A DNA stretch of 62,420 nt, filler included, from Sphacelaria rigidula (GCA_964200075.2; 11 parts of 11 records of this genome joined end to end with filler, not necessarily neighbours in it), one strand, 5' to 3'; shown: positions 37,213-50,800, numbered from the whole stretch's first letter. Numbers and translations are program-made. The notes: generated by a model from the letters alone, not told the origin.

Positions 37213-37763
37213 TAACAAAGGGGAAATATTGTTTTTTGGGAAGCGGGATTGCGAAGCAGAGCAATCTATACACAAAATATCCTATCAATACACATTGAGG
37301 CGGTGCAGGCGAAGACATATTGCACGACCAATGTGTATTAGGGTCGAATTGGCGAGAACATATTGACCGTTCAATATAGATTGTGTCCGCGTGGGTGCCA
37401 GTATATTGGTCGGTCAATATATATTGGGCCCGTAAGGGCGTGATATATTGCCCGGTCAGGGCTCCAGTACAAGTATATATATGCTGTACATCGGGATAGT
37501 TTGTGTTAGGCCACCTCTTATGGCAGTCGCCAATCACAAATTTTCGAACATCAGGGGGAGAAAAAGCGAGTAAAGTTTTTTCATGGGCCCCGATTTGGAC
37601 CAAATCGGGGGAGAAAAATCGGGGTGTAACGATTTCCTCCCATTTTTTGCGAAAAACCGGGGGAAAGCTGAGGTACCCTGAGTTCTAGGAGGTACCGTAC
37701 GTACACTGACGTACGTTGGCAGGGTTTCGAGGCGTGTGATATTTTTGCAACAGCAGCAGATGA

Positions 37764-39603
37764 CACACACGTGGTCATTCGGCTACCTGTAGAGGATTTT
37801 GTAAAACGAAACCCTACCTAGCGTCCGTTTTTAAAATGCGCTCTATGGGATATCGAGCATTTGTAATCATCTAGAGGGTTCTCAAGGTTGGGGTGTGATG
37901 AGTGAGAGGACCGCGTGCTTGGAGGACCGCATCGGAATGTGAACATCCCCATGGTTAGGGTTAGGGTTAGGGTTAGTGTTGGTGTTATGGTCAGGGACGT
38001 GGTACCTGCAGGGACTGGCCCGATTGGTTTTGAAAAACATCGATCCTGCGGTGTTTTGAACTACGGCGCGGTCATCTAAATCTAAGCACGCGGTCCTCTC
38101 ACGCATTACAGGGGTCTACCTCGAAGGGCTGCATTAGTATCGAAATCATTTGGACTGTTTTGGAAGGCACGCGCATGCTATGGAAAACTTAATTTGGACA
38201 AGCTGTGCTGTTCGAAATAAATCCTTCATGCCCGACGTCGGGCATAAAGGATTTATTTCGAACAGCAGAGGCTGTACAAATCCCATATACACTACTGGTA
38301 GGTGAAATTTGTGAAACAAAAGCTGTTCGAAACAAATCTTCCTTTTGCCCATCATTTCATCCTGTAATTGGGCAAAGGAAAGACTTATTTACGAGCAGCC
38401 TCTGCTGTTCAAGTCTCACATACGAGTGTATGACCACACTGCCGCGCTGTGCAGCTTTAGCCGGTGGGTATATAATGCACCGTGGGGAAAAACCTCGCTA
38501 TTCTAGTGATACAGGTTCTCAAAATTCCGTAGTCCATGGTCTACGGATAGAGTGAAAACGCAACACATTGTTTCCATGCATGTACTTTGATATGACGATC
38601 ACAACGAGAATAAGCACACGGTTTGGTGCGGTATATACTGGACTGTACAATACCGTACAGGACAGTACTATATATCGTGCTTATACGTACGGTGCAATAT
38701 ACTGCAGAGTTCTAGCGTGGAATATGGGCTACGTATGGCTATGCAGAGTGGATGCCTGTACCTTTGCGTACATGGAGGTGTTATATACCGTCAGCTACTA
38801 CAGTATAGACCACGACGCGCGTTCTTGCAGCATGCGCACAACTACCGTCAGTAGGACGTGAAAGGGAAGCGGACAAAGTACAGTACAGACAGCGCAAGAC
38901 TCTATATAATATGTATTTTCTGTTCACAGTGAGACGTGCAAATGACTTGAACAGCGTGCGCAGCTTTGTCTATGGCTGCCTGCCCATAATCACTCGAGTG
39001 TGCAGGCAGTAAGCCGGTCATTCCCCGCACCCTATGTACCCCGCGTGCTTCCGCCGCCGCGCCTGTGCTCAACCCGTGCTCTTTCCAGCAGAGTTGTTGT
39101 GGTAGCTGGAGACAATACTGTTGTGCGGGGTTGGTATGGTTCGATCTGTGAACGCGGCGGGTGATAAAGTACCACAAGATTGCTTGGGTATGCATTTCAC
39201 AGCAGCAGCGACATGGTCATGTACATATCGGACTGATTCGGGAAACTCGAGGAGTACACACTGGAGCATCAGATGCCCTCCAGAGGATTCGTTGATGTCC
39301 ATCCCAGAGGGATGAAACACCCCTACAGGATATTCAGACCTCAGAAGTTACTGGAGCATCAGATGCCCTCTAGAGGATTCGTTCATGTCCATTCCAGAGG
39401 GATGAAACACCTCTAGAGAGTATTCAGGCCTCAGAAGAAGTCACTGGAGCATCAGATGCCCTCCAGAGAATTCGTGTATGTCCATTCCAGAGGGATGAAA
39501 CACCTCTAGAGGGTATTTTATCCTCCAGAGGGTCATTTAGCCTCCAGAGGATGAAAGTCACGATAGAGGATTTCTAAACCGGAGCCGAATGACCGCGTGT
39601 GTG
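37764..39603. mobile_element. ~1.8-kb EnSpm/CACTA-like non-autonomous element, copy 1
   Basis: TIR CACACACGTGGTCATTCGGCT / AGCCGAATGACCGCGTGTGTG, GA flanks, three ~90-bp subterminal repeats (39260-39540). Reverse-complement homolog at 52113-53885. Confidence 0.85.
37894..38110. mobile_element. Ginger-like MITE (TGT...ACA, 4-bp TSD) with internal (TTAGGG)n
   Basis: 27-bp TIR, GGGG TSD, ggttagggttagggttagggttag at ~37953-37976. Absent from the homologous site near 53750-53770. Confidence 0.85.
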
Positions 39604-41199
39604 GATCTTTTTCTTTTTTCTTTTTTGCTAGCCTGTGACCACGGAAGGCGTCCGCATCAGATGCCCAGTACGAATGTACCGCGCAGATNNNNNNNNNNNN
39701 NNNNNNNNNNNNNNNNNNNNNNNNNNNNNNNNTTAATTAATTAANNNNNNNNNNNNNNNNNNNNNNNNNNNNNNNNNNNNNNNNNNNNAACGTACAGTTC
39801 AGGGCGGGGTCGAGATGCTGTCATGTAGCATGATGGGGTGTTGCGATGGTGTGTATGGCGGGACCGTACGAAGCGATCTTGTGGTGGATGCCAACGATTT
39901 CTCTTTCGACTGAGATATTGCCGCATCATAGATGCTCGAACCGGATTCGAAAGGTCGACGAGTATCTGCAGTACGGTTGAGTCGTGTAATAAATTATTCA
40001 CGTTGTGCATCGGCCGTCAATTCTTCAGGACAGTGGACGCCCAATCATCCGCTCGGCACATCACTGCGTTGGCAGTGATATCCCCCCACCACGTCACTGA
40101 CGAGCAGCTTGACGCCCGAGATTTTTGTCTGGACACGAGCCTCGAGACAAACGATAGTGAAAACATCGTCGACAATCAAACAAACGTTGTTATGCTCCGT
40201 GGCCCGCAGCTAACCAGGGATGGGCGGCATGTGAAACCACGGACGCATTTCCTACTCCTCCCAAAAATTGCACATCAGCGATATCGTGCGGTACTCCTGA
40301 GGGCTTTTTGTCATTCAACGGCTACGGTCTTCAAACCCCATTTCATTGATCAATCTAATTTTATAGAATCCCCTGTTATATGTAAGTGGTGTGGTGTTGG
40401 ATTCGCGTTCTCAGGAATCTCCAGACTGGTCTGCGCATCCCGCTTGTGCAACTACGCGCGTTCCTACGGATGCTTTCATCGGCCACAGCATAGCGCGTCA
40501 GGCTGATTTTGTAGTCGGATTGCTTGTATCAGATTGGTCATGTGGGGCACGCGCCGCCTAAGGCACGCGCATTCATGATGAATTGATATTTTGGTAAATT
40601 GTAAGCGAGGCGGGAGGACGGTTTGGTAAAACAGCGGAACATAGGCTGCCACCCACCTCCTCCATTTGCGATCCACCGGGCAAAGAGAGGCTTGCCGTAG
40701 AACAAAAATCACAAGAAGGACCATCAGCTTGTCATCCGCTTTGCATGAAGTCTGACTCTATGGCCAGCAAGCCGTTTCTCAAGAAGTGAGTGACGTGTAT
40801 TATAATCCTTTTGTGTCTTTTGGTTTTTTCCTTTTCTGTAAGAGCTCAGTGCTTATCTTCAATAACAGCTGTCTGCTGTTAACGTGTGCCGTGTGCGAGA
40901 GAACCTTACTGCTTGAGTTAACGAGCCGAAAACAGGACTAGCGGGTAACACTCACATATCTTGTGGTGCGGCTTGCTCTGCTAGTGTATACTTCGACACT
41001 TACCCGGCCAGGTCACAAACATCACAGACGTGAATCAACGGCGGCCACCGCGGGTTCAACCATGTGGTGTGGGTTTCCTGGATATGCTAACACTGCCTTG
41101 AAGGGTTCCGAGACAGTCGAAGCCCGTGCACCGTTGCATGGCTATCAATTGAGCAGTGACCAAACCCAACGTTTTAATCTTGGATTTGATCACCCACTT

Positions 41200-44100
41200 T
41201 TACATCCACCAGGTACTACTCATATCTAATCGAATCCCATCCCTTCGAAGAAGAGGAAGTCATGTAGTGCAGTTTCTAACGCATCAGGAGCCGAAATATC
41301 TTCTGGTACGGTAGACACTGCCGCTCCGACCGTTCATCGGGGAACACAAAATTCAAAGCCACACACTCAAGCACCCAACAACTGCTCAAGTGCCCAGCTA
41401 ACCACCGCACCGAGTTCCGCAAAAACTACGGTACCCGGTCCCCTTTTATTTGATGAGCGTAATTATTCCTTGAAGGATCGCAACCGCAAAGAACCCATAC
41501 TTTCCGTCGCTCAGCGGGTTGGAATGGAACCCCAAGTGACAGCGACTCAGGTGGTGCGCCAAGAGCGTGACCTAGGTTCGACTGTCCGAGAACTCATTTC
41601 AGTAGCTCCTGGAGCCGCCGACCCTTTCGTGCGCTATACGCATTACCCTAGGCGGGCTCCTCCAGACGATCATGTAGATAACCCTGGTGTAGCAAGCGCA
41701 CGTGAACTCCAAGGAAAAGATTGCGTGTGGGCTCAGACAGATGAAAACCTTAGAGTGGAACAGGCCAGTACTCCCCAGGTTTCGAACAGATCGTTACTGC
41801 TCCCCGACCACCCCTCGTACACAGCGTTAGAACCCATTTCCGATGAAGCGTTGCCGTCTGTAGGGACAGAGACTTCGCCGACTCATTGACGTTCGCATCC
41901 TAGTCATGAAGGCACCTCGATCGTGTATTCGTCACCAGGCAAACAAAGTGTTACGCAAGACGACACGTCTCCTAACTCGCCCACGTTGGCCCCTTCAATA
42001 GACGCCGGGTTGAACAGCACAGCTCTACCAACCCCGCGTCCTGACGAACCGTCTCCAAAACCTCCCATGTTGGCCCTAACTAGTGATGATATTGAGATGA
42101 TTGGCGTATCAAACTCAACACTGCGCCCCGATGAATCGTCCCCTGTTCCGACCAAGCTGGATAATGTAATTGATCCCGCTTTGCACAATGACGATTCGCC
42201 CCCTCTGTTGGCCAATAAGGGTGAAACACCACGCACAGATAAGTTGTCGGGTCCAACCACGACAACTGCCCTTCCCCGGCGTCGCCCCTCCGTTGCAGTA
42301 TATGAGATTCAACCCTCGACTGATGAGACAAGTATTCCAGGCACAAACACTAACACTCCATGCACGCACCATCCTTCCGACCAAAAGCTTGTCCCACAGG
42401 ATCATCAACGGGTGTGTTTTAGCACCTTCGTTCAAAACGCAAAGCAGGATGTGTCTGATGTCTTACCCGAATTCGGGCCCGATCTCGTCAGTGGTCTGCA
42501 ACTATGGATGATGCTTATTTTACGACCAAGATAGGTTTACATAGTGGAGCGCGTGCAAACTGTCATTTGATAGCTCTTGCACTACCAGACTTTGGTTCAC
42601 CTCAAACGTTCATTACAGCCAGCTGCTGGCAACAGATGGTCAACGCGGGTGCGGCGGACGAGCATTGTCTGCCCACCTTGCGCCCTCGTGTTTTTGGTGG
42701 GTTCCGTTCCTCCACATCTCTTACCGCAAATCAATCGGTGAGACTAAGTGTACATTTTCACCAGGATGCTACTCCCACTGTTCGGTTGTCCGTATGGGCA
42801 CTAATAGTGCCCGACGGTTCCATGTATCTTGACGTTTTATTGGGTCAAGATAGTTGGCTTCGTTTTTCCACACACACGTATACGACGGACACACCTGTCC
42901 TGAACCGTCCAGTCACAGGCAAACTATTACTGGGTCACTTCGACACTGATTCGGGAGCTTATGCTTATGACGATGACCCCACGCGAACAGGTAATGCTTT
43001 CCGTCTGTACTATGTTGGCGAACCTGTAGTCTCGCTTTCTTGTGAACCCCAACTTATCCAAGTGAACCTCGTGAGACGCAATGGATCGCCCGCCCTCACA
43101 GGACAGTATTTGGCCGAATTGCTCAAACCTGACCAAGCACAGGTTGGTCCGTTTGAACAGATCGAAGTTTTTGTCCACGAAGGTAGGCAGGCCATTTACC
43201 TCACGTCCCCTGCATGTTTCGATATACTCAACGGTCAGTTGTTGGGTTATGCTCAAGTGCCTCTCATACGAACCGCCCTGTCATATGTGTGCCCCCCTGC
43301 GAACAACAAATCGCCGACCGACCCCCCGAAATCCACGGGCCCCCCTCCGCTACACATGCCTGACCCCATGGTGGTGACAAATCCACCAGGTGCGCCTGAC
43401 CCTCAACCCCAAACCGCATTACTGAATAGATTTTCCCCAGAACAACGCGCCAGTTTTCAAAAGTTGTGGGATGGCATTCCCCCTCACTTACGACATATTG
43501 CTTTTGATCTATCCGGCGATGGTTGGACACCCACTGTAATCGATAGATTGAGATCCATCTTGATTAAATATTCTGAACGGTTTTCTACTCCACCCTTGGA
43601 TATAGGTCGATGTACCACGACACCGTTTAAGATCAGGATTCCTGATGGCACTCCGCCTATCGCTACGCGTCCGTACCGTACGAACCCCCTCTTAGCGGAT
43701 AAGATCCAGGTAATTCTCGATGGCTACTTATCTGCCAATTTATTTCGGCACCCGACATTTCCGTGCGCCTCGCCTTTATTAGTCGTCCGTGAGAAGAATG
43801 GCAAAATCAGACTGACGGTCAATTATCAACGATTCAACGCTGTCACCAAAATTGCCCGGTTGCCACTTTCACGCATTGATGAAGTTATTGACTCTCTTGG
43901 CGGGGGTAAGGTATTTTAGAAGTTTGACATGCAGTCCGGCTACCACCAGCTCGTGATGGATCCAAATTCCATTGAACTGACAGCGTTTTGCACGCCATCA
44001 GGTTTGCACGAGTGGCTGGTTACACCAAAAGGTACCGCCGGAGCTCCAGGTGCGTTTCAACGTGTAATATTCCGTGTAACTGATGGATTGCCCAAATGCC

Positions 44101-45371
44101 ATATGTACCTTGATGATGCGGTGTGCCACGACTCCACACCGGCTGAACACGTCAAACAGTTGGCATCATTCTTTGATCAGTTTGAACAACACAACTTGAA
44201 ACTTGCCCCCTCCAAATCCCGCATTGGCGCCACGAAGATTGAGTTCTTGGGTCATTGCATCACCCCCGAAGGTCGTAGCCCAAACCTCGACAAGGTCGAG
44301 GCACTCTCCGATATGCCCATGCCACGGGATATTTCTCAACTGCGTTCCTTGTTGGCAGGTCTAAGCTACTACAGGCAGTACTTGCCAAACCTTGCCCAAA
44401 CGCTAAAACCCCTCACCGCCCTCCTCAAAAAAAGGGTGAAATTTGTGTTCACATTGAAAATGAAAAACAACGTCCGCCGTCTTCTTGACACCCTTTCGCG
44501 CCCGCCGATTCTCGTCTTCCCCGACTGGTCGGCCGCGGAGCAGGGTTCCCGCCCTTTCCGGTTCCACACAGATTCTTCCAAAATTGGGTTTGGCTGCACA
44601 TTAGAACAGGAGCAAGTCGATGCTACTGTTCGTCCCACTGTCTATCTGAGTCGCACCACTTTTCCCAATGAACATAATTGGTCTGTCATGGAACAAGAGG
44701 CCGGCGCAGTTGTTTGGGGTGTGCGACGTCTGCGTCAGTATTTTTATGACATCCCGTTTGTAATTTATACCGATCATAAGTCTTTGGAAAGCCTTGCCAA
44801 GATGGTGGAACACAACGCTAGGGTCCAACGCTGGTTAGAAATCCTGTCGTCTTACAACTTTCAACTGAAGTACCGCACAGTTCCCCAGAATGCAAACGCC
44901 GACTTTCTGTCACGCTTGCCCACACCAGCTCAACCTATCGATGAATCGCCCATAGGACGCATCACCGATCCCACCGAAGACATTGTAAATTTCATAAGCA
45001 GGAATGGACATAGAGGTCTCTACACACCACTTTCACTGAGAGAAACACCGGCTTTAGGCATGGGTAGGCTGACGACCACAGCCCACGCATCAGTTCTAGG
45101 CAGCTTTCAACTTCAATCGTTGTACTCAGTTTGGAATGGACTGTCTACGAATACTGTTGGCTATAATCATTTTCGTGCAACTTGCCAGCGCATGGTTTTC
45201 GCAGCAAGTGTAGAACCGTCCTTTGCCGACTCCGTCTTACCAGCTCAAGTTCGAGATTTGATTTCGAGTAGGACTCGTGGACGGCGAACCGCCGAAACGG
45301 CCACCAAATTAGCCGTATCTGGTCCTGACCTTCCCCTCCCTGCCCCCACCCCGGTCCCCGATAGTTTCCTT
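41200..45371 (+). mobile_element. Decayed Ty3/Gypsy LTR retrotransposon (gag-PR-RT-RNase H), truncated by contig end
   Basis: See pol feature. Upstream Pro/Ser-rich broken ORFs are consistent with gag. Left boundary approximate. Confidence 0.88.
42504..45371 (+). pseudogene. Gypsy pol: protease, reverse transcriptase, RNase H
   Basis: LPDFGSPQTFI and DVLLGQD (protease); PYRTNP, LTVNYQRFN, FDMQSGYHQ, YLDD, FLGH (RT); TDSS, EQEAGAVV, TDHKSL, NANADFLSR (RNase H). In-frame TAG at 43917-43919. Confidence 0.92.
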
Positions 45372-45489
45372 NNNNNNNNNNNNNNNNNNNNNNNNNNNNN
45401 NNNNNNNNNNNNNNNTTAATTAATTAANNNNNNNNNNNNNNNNNNNNNNNNNNNNNNNNNNNNNNNNNNNNCCCAAGTTTGGTCAACAA

Positions 45490-45530
45490 AATGCCCATAA
45501 TTCCCCCCCCCCCCTATCGTAGGATGACTC
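45490..45530. mobile_element. Sola-like TIR near contig start
   Basis: ccccccccctatcgtaggatgactc. Confidence 0.75.
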
Positions 45531-45756
45531 TGGGCGCTGCAGATATGTTTCGTGTTCTCATTCAGCAGTACCTCGTATCCTGTCAGATCCCAAACTAAAG
45601 AACTTTCCAACATTAATTTTTGTTGGTGTGCAGTGTTGAACGAAGGAGAGGTGTTGGATGATCGATGGGAGGTACAAGTTCACGTCATGATGTTGTGCTT
45701 GGATTCAACCTCTATCCCCACCTCGCCACGGCATATACCTGTGTTCGTACGAGGTG

Positions 45757-46112
45757 AGTTTACCACTCGGTAGTTGACAGATAGTTCTCGGAAATTTATG
45801 GTTTGTGCAGGTGCTGATGCATTTCGAAGAACACTAACCCTAACCCCGACCCCAACGAAGACGTACCGAGACCCCTCGGGCAAGGGGGGTGCAACGTGTT
45901 CCCTAGGCGAAGTGTGTGTTGCCAGACCTCTAATCAGCGCCCCAGGCGCCGATTTAGATTTAGACAAAAACGCGTTCTGCGCACGCTATGAGCACGCCAG
46001 GAGCATAGCCCCCTCCAAAGATGCGGATTTCGGTTTTCACACTAAGATCCAATACTGCACCTGTCCACAAACCGGAAATTTCCGAGAACTGTCAACTACC
46101 GAGTAGTAAACT
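45757..46112. mobile_element. TIR element containing a telomere-like core module
   Basis: AGTTTACCACTCGGTAGTTGACAG...GGAAATTT versus AAATTTCCGAGAACTGTCAACTACCGAGTAGTAAACT, with internal ctaaccctaacccc. Confidence 0.8.
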
Positions 46113-46133
46113 ATTCTGGCTCGTACCTCCAAT

Positions 46134-46676
46134 CAGGTATATTTACAACTGTATATCCTAACCCCGGTTAGCGGTATGGGAGGCTTACAGAGCTCACAGA
46201 ACTGTCGGATACCGGTACTGGATGAAAGTCTTACAGGACTTACAGAGCTTGTCGGGTACGGTATGGGAGCATACAGAAAAACCGTACCGGAAATAGGGTA
46301 TTTATTCAACGAGAACACCCGCGCTCCGGATACGGGTAAACATTCTATACAGAAATAAAAGAACTTTCGGGTAAGGGTATGACAGGCTTACAGACCTCAC
46401 ATAAACTGTCGGGTAGGGTATGAAGGTTGCACAGAAAACCGGACCCGCAACCGGGTATTTTATCAAGAGCGTACCCGTGTCCCCCGGTAACGGTACGGGA
46501 GTCTCACAGAACTGACGGAACTATCCGGTAAGAGCAAATAGGTCTTACAGAGATTACAGAACTGTCGGGTACCGATATAAAAGTCTTACAGAAGTCACAA
46601 AACTGTCGGGTATGGTAAACACCCCGGAAAATACCCCGGGTATACAGAGAACTGTACCCTACAGAACACAACCTCG
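46134..46676 (+). repeat. Degenerate tandem array (cttacagaactcacagaactgtcgggtaccggtatg), probable transposon subterminal repeats
   Basis: About 6 recurrences of the motif, ending in cagaacacaacctcg. Confidence 0.7.
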
Positions 46677-46958
46677 CAAATTTCGCTCATCCGCAAATCT
46701 TCACGCCGATTCTTGGAGTTAGACCCCAACAATTTGCACACATGTGCTAAGAGGGCATGTTGAAACTTTTATCCCTTGGCCGCGAGGGAACGACATCTGG
46801 GTACTCGTAATGCATACATGTTTCAAGTGGAAGCGATGCCGATTCAATAGATGGCCTATGCTAGCGATCGAACGGTTAATAAACTCCTCTCGGTGGGATG
46901 ATGCAAAGTCTTGGATCCACAATTTGCAGGGGAAGAAGTGGCCGCTACGGTCAGGAAG

Positions 46959-47860
46959 GAAATGTACGTGGACAATGGTTGGTACTCGATTTTACTTTAT
47001 TTCAGACGGAAGAAAGTTCTAAGAAAATTTGTGACGTGGGACAGGTGAGCAGTGGTGAGCAGCAGACTCAGTTCATCCAGAACGTGTTTTGGTCCAACAT
47101 CGATCGAGAGGCGTCGATTTGAGCTCTGGCAACGCACTCTTTACCTAAGAGACACTCTGCAACCCCCTCGCGGGAGGGTTCTCGGTATGACTTGGTCGGG
47201 GATAGCGTTAGAGTAGGCGTTAGGGTTGGCGGGATCTCCATATTACCAACCATTGTTTACGTACATTTCTGTAGGTCCCCTCGCTACTGTTGTAGATGCA
47301 GATCCAGAAACGTTTCACGACTTGATGGAGGTGTGTTGGTCCGACTTGGTTTTAGTGTGGACACCGAAAGTCAGGTCCGTAATGGGCGCTGTGCTCCTAG
47401 CGTGCTCCTAGGGTGCGCAGAACGTGTTCTCGTCTAAGTTGAGGTCTGGCAATGCACATTTTGCCTAGGGAACACTTTGTATCCCCCTCACCTGAGGGTT
47501 TTGGGTATGCCTTCGTTGGAGCGAGGGTTAGGGTAACAGTTGGAGGGGACCTGAGGAAATGTACGTAAACAATGGTTGGTACTATGGAGATGCCGCCAAC
47601 CCTAACGCTAACCATAACCCCGACCAAGGCATAGCGAGGACCCTCGGGCAAGGGGGGTGCAAAGTGTTCCCTAGACGAAGTGTGCGTTGCCAGACCTCAA
47701 ATTGACCCATTTCAGCCGATTTTGGACCAAAACACGTTATGGACGAGCTGCGTCTACTGCTCACCACTGCTCACCTGCCCCAGACCATAAATTTTATCAG
47801 AACTTTCTTCAGTCTGAAATCATGTAAAATCAAGTACCAACCATTGCTTACGTACATTTC
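46959..47860. mobile_element. Two ~310-bp TIR elements in inverted orientation around a third related module
   Basis: Each unit is bounded by GAAATGTACGTRRACAATGGTTGGTA. 46959-47269 is the diverged reverse complement of 47556-47860. Confidence 0.8.
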
Positions 47861-47869
47861 GTAAGGTCT

Positions 47870-50800
47870 ACTGGAATTCCCATCATCCTGGCCTACCCCC
47901 TGCTGGGATGGGCCGAGGACCGCTAGTGATGTTGGACCACACACAAATACCACCAAACCAACGAAGGCAGAGCAGGGAAAGGCAGGGGACACGAGCCCGA
48001 GCATCGCGACGACGTGGACTCCGAGTTTGGAGCGATAGGAGATACAGGGGTCTCGACACACAGTGTAACTCATATCACACTAGATGTTTCAGATACCACC
48101 CCCTTCCTCCGACTACCCATACTGGGGTGGGGGCAGACGTCCACCTGTGATCTTACAACACCATCCAAAGATCATCCAACGACGGCGGAGACACGAGCCC
48201 GAGCCTCGTATCGACGGGGAGATCAAGTTAGGAAGATAAGAGGCACCACGATCACGAGAGGGGCGTGTGCTTCGTTTCGGAGCAACTCAGGGTTCAGAGT
48301 CTTCTGCTGTGGGAGCGAGTCAGGTGGGCAACACGGTGTGGGAATAGCCGTGAAAGAGTCGATTTGCAAAAACGCCACCTACACCTCTGAGTACGTTGAC
48401 GAGCACTTCATGGCAATGCGGTTTTAAATATCGGGGCAGAGCGGAGCGATCAATTTTGAAGCTGCGTATGGACCAACTGAAGTCGCCAAGAACGAAACGA
48501 AACAAGCGTCCTGGGATGGACTTGCCAATCTCGTACAGCGAATCCCGTCGAAGTGATGTGTATGTATTGATGGATGCAAACGCGCGGACGGGGGACACAG
48601 TAGGACAGGGCCCAGAGGACGGAGGGGTTCTAGGCGCCTATGGACGTGATGAGCTGACAGATAAGGGCAAACTTCTGCTAACTTTCGCAACCGAGAACAA
48701 ACTAGCCATCACGAACACCTTCTTCATCACGCGCAAAGGCGGAATCTCGCACACATACAACGGTGTTGCGGGGAATCGCACGAGCGACCTCAAGCGCATA
48801 GACTACATACTCACCCGGCAGGCACACCAAGGTAGCGTGCGCAACGTGGTCGTACACCCCCAACCTGCACCCCCGGCTACAGCGGACTCGGACCACAACA
48901 TGGTGGTGGCCACTGTCAACCTCGGTGGCCGCATTGCCCACAACCGCCAAGTACGCACCAAGTCGAAGCAGCGGCAATTCAGTCGACAGCAGCTGCAGAC
49001 CGAAATGGCAAGGTGGCACGTGACCGAGAGGTTCCTACATAACCTCGCCGAGCAAGAATACCAATCGATCACCACCGCACGGGCGGCCGCGAAGGTGTAT
49101 ACCGAAGCTATCCTCGATGCAGCGCAGACAGTACTCCCGGAAGAGGCACGGATACCACGTATGCCGGAGTGGTGTGAAAACTCCGGCACAAGAGCAACAC
49201 TGGAGACAGCGCTCGTCAAATGACAGGAGGTACGCCAACTGATGAAGCATCACCGGACCCCAGCATGGTGGAAAGCACTCAGAGCCGCGTGTAAGAACGT
49301 CCGTACAGCAATAGATGACGGCATCCATGCACATCTGGAGAGGTATGTGGCAAGGCTAGGAGCAATCTACAAGGATTGCGACATGAGAGGCCTATACAAA
49401 CACCTCAAGAAATAGGTGGGTCTTGGTGGAAGGCAATCCGGGGGGCAGCAGTTCACACAGGACGAGAACGGCGTCCTACTGGACAAAATTGCCATCCTTA
49501 AACGGTGGGCGAGATTCTTCTACACCCTGCTCAACGCCAAATCGCCCACGCTGAACCCAGTCATCATCGAGGAAGTGAAGCAGCGACCGGCAGCGTCAAC
49601 CACCGGGGATTCAGTACCGCTTGGGGCAGCACCAACACTGGAGGAAACCAGACGAGCACTCCTGGGGATGCACAACTGGAAAGCGCCAGGACACGGCCCT
49701 TCCCTCCCTGTGGAGCTACTTAAGATCGACGGCCGCGCCGAGCCCATCGTCCTCGAACGCTTCGATACCATTCTCGTCGAGGTGTGGAACGGAGGGGAGG
49801 TCCCGCAGGAGTGGAAAGATGCAACCATCAAGGTGCTGTACAAGAAATCGGACCGGTCCAACTGCAATAATAACAGGGGGATCTCTCTGGTATCGCACGC
49901 AGGGAAAGTGCTCCTGAAGATAGTGGCTAACCGCCTCAACGACTACTGTGAAACGCACGGGATATTACCGGAGGAGCAACGCGGCTTCCGACCTGACCGA
50001 TTCACTGTCGACATGCTCTTCGTAGTGCGCTGACTCCAGGAGCTGGGACGGCGGCGGAAAATACCGCTGTTCATGTGCTTCGTCGACCTTCAGAAGGCAT
50101 ATAACGCGGTCGACCGAGAGCTTCTGTGGCAGGTACTGACCCGAGCTGGTATTCCGGATGAGATTATAGCAGTTATCCGAGGGCAGGTCGAGTAGAGTAT
50201 AGTCAATCGCGGGGTATTTTGAAAGGCGTACTTCAGGTAGTCAAGTTAGGGTAGTGTTGGGAGTCGTACCCAAAATATAACTGGAAAGCGATCCGTAACA
50301 CCCTACCCCCAATTTGTGTACTTTAAGTAAAAACTTCAAAATAACCTGCAATTGAGTATACTCTACTCGACCTACCCTTGCAGTTATCCGCCAATTCCAC
50401 GACGGTATGCAGGCCCGCCCACGCATGGAGGACGGGGAGCTCTCGGAGTGGTTTGAAGTCACACAGGGACTGCGACAGGATGTGTGCTGTCTCCCCTGCT
50501 GTTCAACATCTTCTTCGCGGCAGTGCTCGAGATAGTCCTCGTGCGATTCAGCGAGGATGATATCATCGTCAAGGACATGGTGTAGTTCGATGAGGAGACG
50601 GGGAGGGGGGCGGAGACACCGCTGGAACGTGTACGCAGAGCGTTGTGGGGAATGCTGTATGCCGACGATGCCGGCGTCATCTCGACATCCCCCGACGGAC
50701 TGGCGAGAATGATGACCATCATAGTGGACGTGTTTGGGGCCTTTGGACTGACCGTATCGGAGAAAAAGACGGAGACTCTCTTGATGCGAGTGCCGAGGCA

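Noticed and set aside
39838..40724. 222-aa ORF and neighbours
   Set aside because: No recognisable domain, codon bias or convincing splice structure.
47865..47940. HDV-like ribozyme at the RTE 5' end
   Set aside because: Such ribozymes are known in RTE 5' UTRs, but by hand this segment folds as a simple long hairpin with too little sequence for P2-P3-L3. An RNArobo or Infernal search on the family consensus would settle it.
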